From positions 1 to 39,863 of the IMG/VR virus record IMGVR_UViG_3300033076_001356: a stretch of 39,863 nucleotides of DNA; one strand, 5' to 3'. Each line of letters begins with the position of its first letter. The first letter of the stretch is position 1. Source of the DNA: a virus (lineage: Duplodnaviria; Caudoviricetes). Made by a program: the position numbers and the translations under genes. The notes under the pieces are model-generated. The model ran no database searches. It saw only the letters and a program-made list of their open reading frames with translations, and had not been told where the DNA came from. Below are positions 37,072 through 39,863 of the stretch, in pieces.

Positions 37072-37231
37072 TCCGCGATCCCATCTTCCCCAGCCCTTTT
37101 GCCAGGGCCTTTCCACTATGTGCTTTGTTCATGGCAATCGCCACCGCCTGCCTGTGGGGACGTCCTGCATTTTCCTCCGTCGCTATGTTCGAAGCGATAA
37201 CCTCTCGGGAACTACCCTTCTTCAACGGCAT
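37055..37231 (-). CDS. Small basic protein (MPLKKGSS...QAVAIA family)
   Basis: AGGAGG RBS. This motif is common next to phage terminases. Confidence 0.75.
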   Translation of the reverse strand: MPLKKGSSREVIASNIATEENAGRPHRQAVAIAMNKAHSGKALAKGLGKMGSRNAKDC

Positions 37232-37358
37232 CCCCAACCTCCTTGCGCAACGGCGCCTGCTCCAGTACACGCCCTATCTCTGTCCTGCGCTCTTCGACGG
37301 GCAGCTCCAAGAGCTCAGCGCGCAATTTCTGCAACCGGTCAACTAACAACACGTTCAT
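37212..37358 (-). CDS. Small hypothetical protein (48 aa)
   Basis: [17 protein letters not shown]...VEEG*, GAGGAGG RBS, fills the gap. Confidence 0.5.
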   Translation of the reverse strand: MNVLLVDRLQKLRAELLELPVEERRTEIGRVLEQAPLRKEVGDAVEEG

Positions 37359-37710
37359 CCACCACCTCCTCTACAAATTCACACTCGGCTACCTGCTCCA
37401 GTGCGGGGGCCTTATTGAGCGGGCTCTGCGGCACAAAGGATCGATACTCAATCGTTTTGGCCTCATTATTCCCACCGGTGTCCTTGGGGGCGAGCTTCAT
37501 CAACATCTGCAAGAAATCCCCGTAGTTATGCTCTTCGGCCGCCCACAACGCCAACCGGGGAACCCCCCCGATCAATTCAAAGGTTTCAATGAAATTCTGT
37601 TCTATCTGCTTTCGGGAGAAGAGGTTGACCACATTGCCATTCGACTCAAGCGCCTGGCGCTCTCGGGCAGAAAGTTTGTTCTGGAGCTGAATCATGAATT
37701 CGTCATTCAT
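37339..37710 (-). CDS. terS: Putative terminase small subunit
   Basis: FIETFELIGGVPRLALWA...FLQMLMKLAPK, first gene of the late operon. Start position uncertain. Confidence 0.65.
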   Translation of the reverse strand: MNDEFMIQLQNKLSARERQALESNGNVVNLFSRKQIEQNFIETFELIGGVPRLALWAAEEHNYGDFLQMLMKLAPKDTGGNNEAKTIEYRSFVPQSPLNKAPALEQVAECEFVEEVVDERVVS

Positions 37711-37743
37711 GGGGCACTGTGCTCTACAGGCATGGGGAAGTAG

Positions 37744-37784
37744 TAGAGTACCACTGACCACGATACGAAACTAGTGGTACCAAG
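37744..37784. promoter_or_regulatory. Inverted pair of operator-like motifs upstream of the late operon
   Basis: GTACCACT (37748-37755), 17 bp, AGTGGTAC (37773-37780). A possible extended -10 (TGG-TACTCT) lies on the - strand. Confidence 0.55.
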
Positions 37785-37938
37785 TGCTGGGACAGAAAAA
37801 TTTCGCGCTTGGCGGGGGAAGCACCACGCCCCACCCCCACTTTTTCCTTTACCCCCGGGTGGGGGTCGCTAAACGCCAGGCACTTAGCGCCAAATACTAC
37901 GCACAAATAACTAAGCGCTAAGTACTAGGTAGTTACCA

Positions 37939-37966
37939 CATTCGCATAATATGCATTATGTTAAAT
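37939..37966 (+). other. XerC/XerD dif-like recombination site
   Basis: CATTCGCATAA-TATGCA-TTATGTTAAAT. The XerD arm is identical to E. coli dif (GGTGCGCATAA-TGTATA-TTATGTTAAAT). Confidence 0.85.
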
Positions 37967-37968
37967 AG

Positions 37969-37981
37969 TAAGTTATTGATT
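37969..37981 (-). promoter_or_regulatory. IHF consensus site
   Basis: Reverse complement AATCAATAACTTA matches WATCAANNNNTTR, 2 bp from the dif site. Confidence 0.65.
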
Positions 37982-38182
37982 AATAAGGCTTTTTTGTTTT
38001 GGGGTCGATTTCGTCTGCATTTGTGCAACACATAGTCAACTAAATGCGCTGCATATTGCGTTTAGTGCTAAGCGCCATGTGCTTAGCGGGGAGTGCCAGC
38101 CACAAAATCGGCTTCGTGTCTAGTTGTACCATCTTTTCTAAATGAGAAAAGCTCTCAACAACATCTACGTATTACTACGTAA

Positions 38183-38203
38183 AAATGTTATAGTATAACA
38201 TTT
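38183..38203. promoter_or_regulatory. Zur-box-like perfect palindrome
   Basis: AAATGTTATA-G-TATAACATTT versus the gammaproteobacterial Zur consensus GAAATGTTATA-N-TATAACATTTC. Confidence 0.75.
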
Positions 38204-38279
38204 GTAACGGCTTGGGGGGTAATTTCAAGTCGCTCAAAAATATGTGAAATTTGAAAAAAACAGGCAAAAACTCCTTACA

Positions 38280-38292
38280 AATCAATAGGTTA
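38280..38292 (+). promoter_or_regulatory. IHF consensus site
   Basis: AATCAATAGGTTA, with A-tracts upstream. Confidence 0.65.
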
Positions 38293-38295
38293 CGG

Positions 38296-38312
38296 TGCAC
38301 CATTTTGGTGCA
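38296..38312. promoter_or_regulatory. NtrC binding-site consensus
   Basis: TGCACCA-TTT-TGGTGCA, a perfect match to TGCACCA-N3-TGGTGCA. Confidence 0.75.
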
Positions 38313-38466
38313 TTCCGGCACCAGAACCCTATAGTATTTATTAAAATTAATTATATAGTCTATATAAATACGCTAAGTCCTTGGCGCTAAACGCTTTTCC
38401 GCCTCCCTGGCTCCCCCGTGGCGCTCCGTTATTGCTTGACTCCTCGTTGCATCTGACGCTTAGTCA

Positions 38467-38487
38467 GAATGTTACATTATAACATTT
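38467..38487. promoter_or_regulatory. Second Zur-box-like site
   Basis: GAATGTTACA-T-TATAACATTT. Confidence 0.65.
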
Positions 38488-38579
38488 GTATGGGCAATTT
38501 CCGACTTTTCCCGAACTGCCCAACGCTTATATCTGAACACTATTCTTATTCACTTTTAATCTAAAAATACTTCTCAATC

Positions 38580-38611
38580 TAGTGGTACTAAGTACTAAAT
38601 TCGGCTATATT
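38580..38611 (+). promoter_or_regulatory. Operator-like motif and probable early promoter
   Basis: TAGTGGTACTAAG at 38580-38592 is identical to 7548-7560. A -10-like TATATT lies at 38606-38611. Confidence 0.5.
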
Positions 38612-38660
38612 AACACTCAACGGGACGCACACCGCGCCCAATACCAAGAGGAACCAAGCC

Positions 38661-38828
38661 ATGCAAAGCATTAAAAAACGCTACTCTATCCGGATAAGCT
38701 ACCCCAGCGGTAGGGTGAGTTATATGTCCCATAGGGACCGTACCGAGTGGTGTCTACGCACTGCCCGTAAGCACCTAGCCGATTGGGTGCACCTTCACGG
38801 CATACACGCTGAACTGGTGGAGGTGTAA
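38661..38828 (+). CDS. Early hypothetical protein (55 aa)
   Basis: MQSIKKRYSIRISYPSG...AELVEV*, GAGGA RBS. Confidence 0.65.
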   Translation: MQSIKKRYSIRISYPSGRVSYMSHRDRTEWCLRTARKHLADWVHLHGIHAELVEV

Positions 38829-38829
38829 A

Positions 38830-38961
38830 ATGATCTGTTCAATTTATCTAGCCGCAACGCTCTACGCGCAAGGCACATTCCACCAAATGGATGCCCTATA
38901 CAAGGAGCTCTCCCCCGCAACCCCCTATGAAATAACCCTGACCTGCGAGGTGACTCCATGA
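38830..38961 (+). CDS. Early hypothetical protein (43 aa)
   Basis: GGAGGT RBS, MICSIYLAATL...CEVTP*. Confidence 0.45.
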   Translation: MICSIYLAATLYAQGTFHQMDALYKELSPATPYEITLTCEVTP

Positions 38962-38993
38962 GCACAGTTAAATAACTTATTGAGGGTTGCAAA

Positions 38994-39134
38994 ATGAAAA
39001 ACTTGATCAAAGCAGTGTTAGTGTTAGTGTTAGTGTTAGTGGTTGTGGCAATGAAGGCTATTGTTTTCGCGGTATCAGCAACCGAGTTGCCCGACTCAAA
39101 ACGCGTAACACAAATTAATAGAGAAGTTAGGTGA
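38994..39134 (+). CDS. Small signal-peptide/membrane protein containing (GTGTTA)4
   Basis: MKNLIKAVLVLVLVLVVVAMKAIVFAVSA..., GAGG RBS. Confidence 0.55.
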   Translation: MKNLIKAVLVLVLVLVVVAMKAIVFAVSATELPDSKRVTQINREVR

Positions 39135-39154
39135 ACTTTTACAGGATTATTAAT

Positions 39155-39349
39155 ATGACAGCCAAAATAGTCCCGTTTCCCAACAGTAAGCGCTTTGCGG
39201 TTGAGCTCGTAGGGAGTTTCTACCGAGTGCGTTACTCGGTGGGTGAAGAAGTGAGGGTATCGCCCCCGCTCTTTGCGTACTCGTTGCGCCAGGCGCTAAG
39301 CATGTTGCCAGAAGGGGCAAAATACATTAATCACAGTGAGGGTACATAG
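39155..39349 (+). CDS. Early hypothetical protein
   Basis: MTAKIVPFPNSK..., AGGA RBS. Confidence 0.6.
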   Translation: MTAKIVPFPNSKRFAVELVGSFYRVRYSVGEEVRVSPPLFAYSLRQALSMLPEGAKYINHSEGT

Positions 39350-39350
39350 T

Positions 39351-39863
39351 ATGACTACGACGATATACAAATTGACAGATGAAAGTATGCGCACCTATGG
39401 CGGGTATAGCTGGGTGTTGGGAGAGTGGCGCGAAACGGACGGGGACGGGGAATTATGCGGTGCGGGATGGCTCCACGCGTATACCTGCCCCCGGTTGGCG
39501 CTATTCTTGAACCCTATACACGCCAACTTTAGCGCGCCCCGCCTATTTCGTGGGGAGGCCGACGGTAAATTCCTCGACGATAGGGGGCTGAAAGTGGGGT
39601 ATACGCGCATGCGTATAGTGGAGGAGTTGCCCGTAGAGCACATTAACCTGAGCCAGCGCGTAGCGTTCAGTATTTTATGCGCGCTCGAGGCATGTGGTAC
39701 CCCGGAATTTGTACAATGGGCCGAGGGGTGGTTGACGGGTAGGGACAGATCTTCCCGCGCTGCCTACGCCGCCGACGCTGCTGCCTACGCCGCCCGCGCT
39801 GCTGCCTACGCCGCCGACGCTGCTGCTGCCCACGCTGCCCGCGCTGCTGCCTACGCCGCCGAC
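39351..39863 (+). CDS. Hypothetical protein with Ala-rich C-terminal repeats, 5' part (continues across the window junction to base 81)
   Basis: ATG at 39351 opens 171 codons to the window end (MTTTIYKLTDESMRTYGG...CGAGWLHAY...WAEGWLTG...AAYAADAAA). It joins in frame to bases 1-81. Confidence 0.8.
   Translation, partial: MTTTIYKLTDESMRTYGGYSWVLGEWRETDGDGELCGAGWLHAYTCPRLALFLNPIHANFSAPRLFRGEADGKFLDDRGLKVGYTRMRIVEELPVEHINLSQRVAFSILCALEACGTPEFVQWAEGWLTGRDRSSRAAYAADAAAYAARAAAYAADAAAAHAARAAAYAAD
39756..39863 (+). repeat. Imperfect tandem repeat (GCTGCTGCCTACGCCGCCGAC / GCTGCCCACGCTGCCCGC units), continuing into bases 1-29
   Basis: Directly visible. 39819-39847 is identical to 1-29. Confidence 0.85.

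Noticed and set aside
37341-37360. attC-like half (AACTAAC AACAC GTTCATCC) at the TerS 3' end
   Set aside because: No complementary L'/R' arm and no matching far-end R box. It lies in core coding sequence.
467-37906. Numerous antisense and nested ORFs in the track (e.g. 6140..6601, 21330..21887, 23152..23637, 33747..34223)
   Set aside because: They overlap well-supported genes, mostly on the opposite strand, and lack RBSs or recognisable motifs. They are shadow ORFs.
38082-38098. CIRCE/HrcA element (GAGTGCCAG)
   Set aside because: Only a partial half-site is present, with no TTAGCACTC partner at 9 bp spacing.
38352-38375. Possible LexA/SOS box around CTATATAAATACG
   Set aside because: It lacks the CTG...CAG ends of the proteobacterial LexA consensus.
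37760-38660. tRNA or other structured ncRNA in the long non-coding region
   Set aside because: No cloverleaf or T-arm (GTTCRA) context was found. The palindromes match protein-binding consensus sequences instead.

Overview
The window looks like a complete, circularly permuted ~39.9 kb tailed-phage genome with a podovirus-type morphogenesis module. An Ala-rich ORF runs in frame from 39351 across the window end to base 81. On the + strand are early and replication genes: DUF3310, an SSB-like gene, family A DNA polymerase, a Cas4-like PD-(D/E)XK nuclease, VRR-NUC, an SNF2 helicase and many small ORFs. A primase-helicase is transcribed divergently on the - strand. The - strand late operon runs TerS, TerL, portal, scaffold, major capsid, tail/ejection proteins, two fibres, a glycosyltransferase and a methyltransferase. 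I found no integrase, repressor, RNA polymerase, tRNA or recognisable endolysin. Three non-coding signals stand out. (1) Integron-type attC sites bound single-gene cassettes in the accessory region (7722-10123); they are inverted relative to their genes and inserted exactly at TAA stop codons. (2) A ~900 bp gene-free region (37760-38660) is packed with host-protein binding sites: a XerCD dif site, two IHF sites, two Zur boxes, a perfect NtrC box and a weak Fur-like box. (3) An operator-like motif (YAGTRGTACYRAG) recurs at most predicted promoters. All protein calls come from motif recognition by eye; no searches were run.
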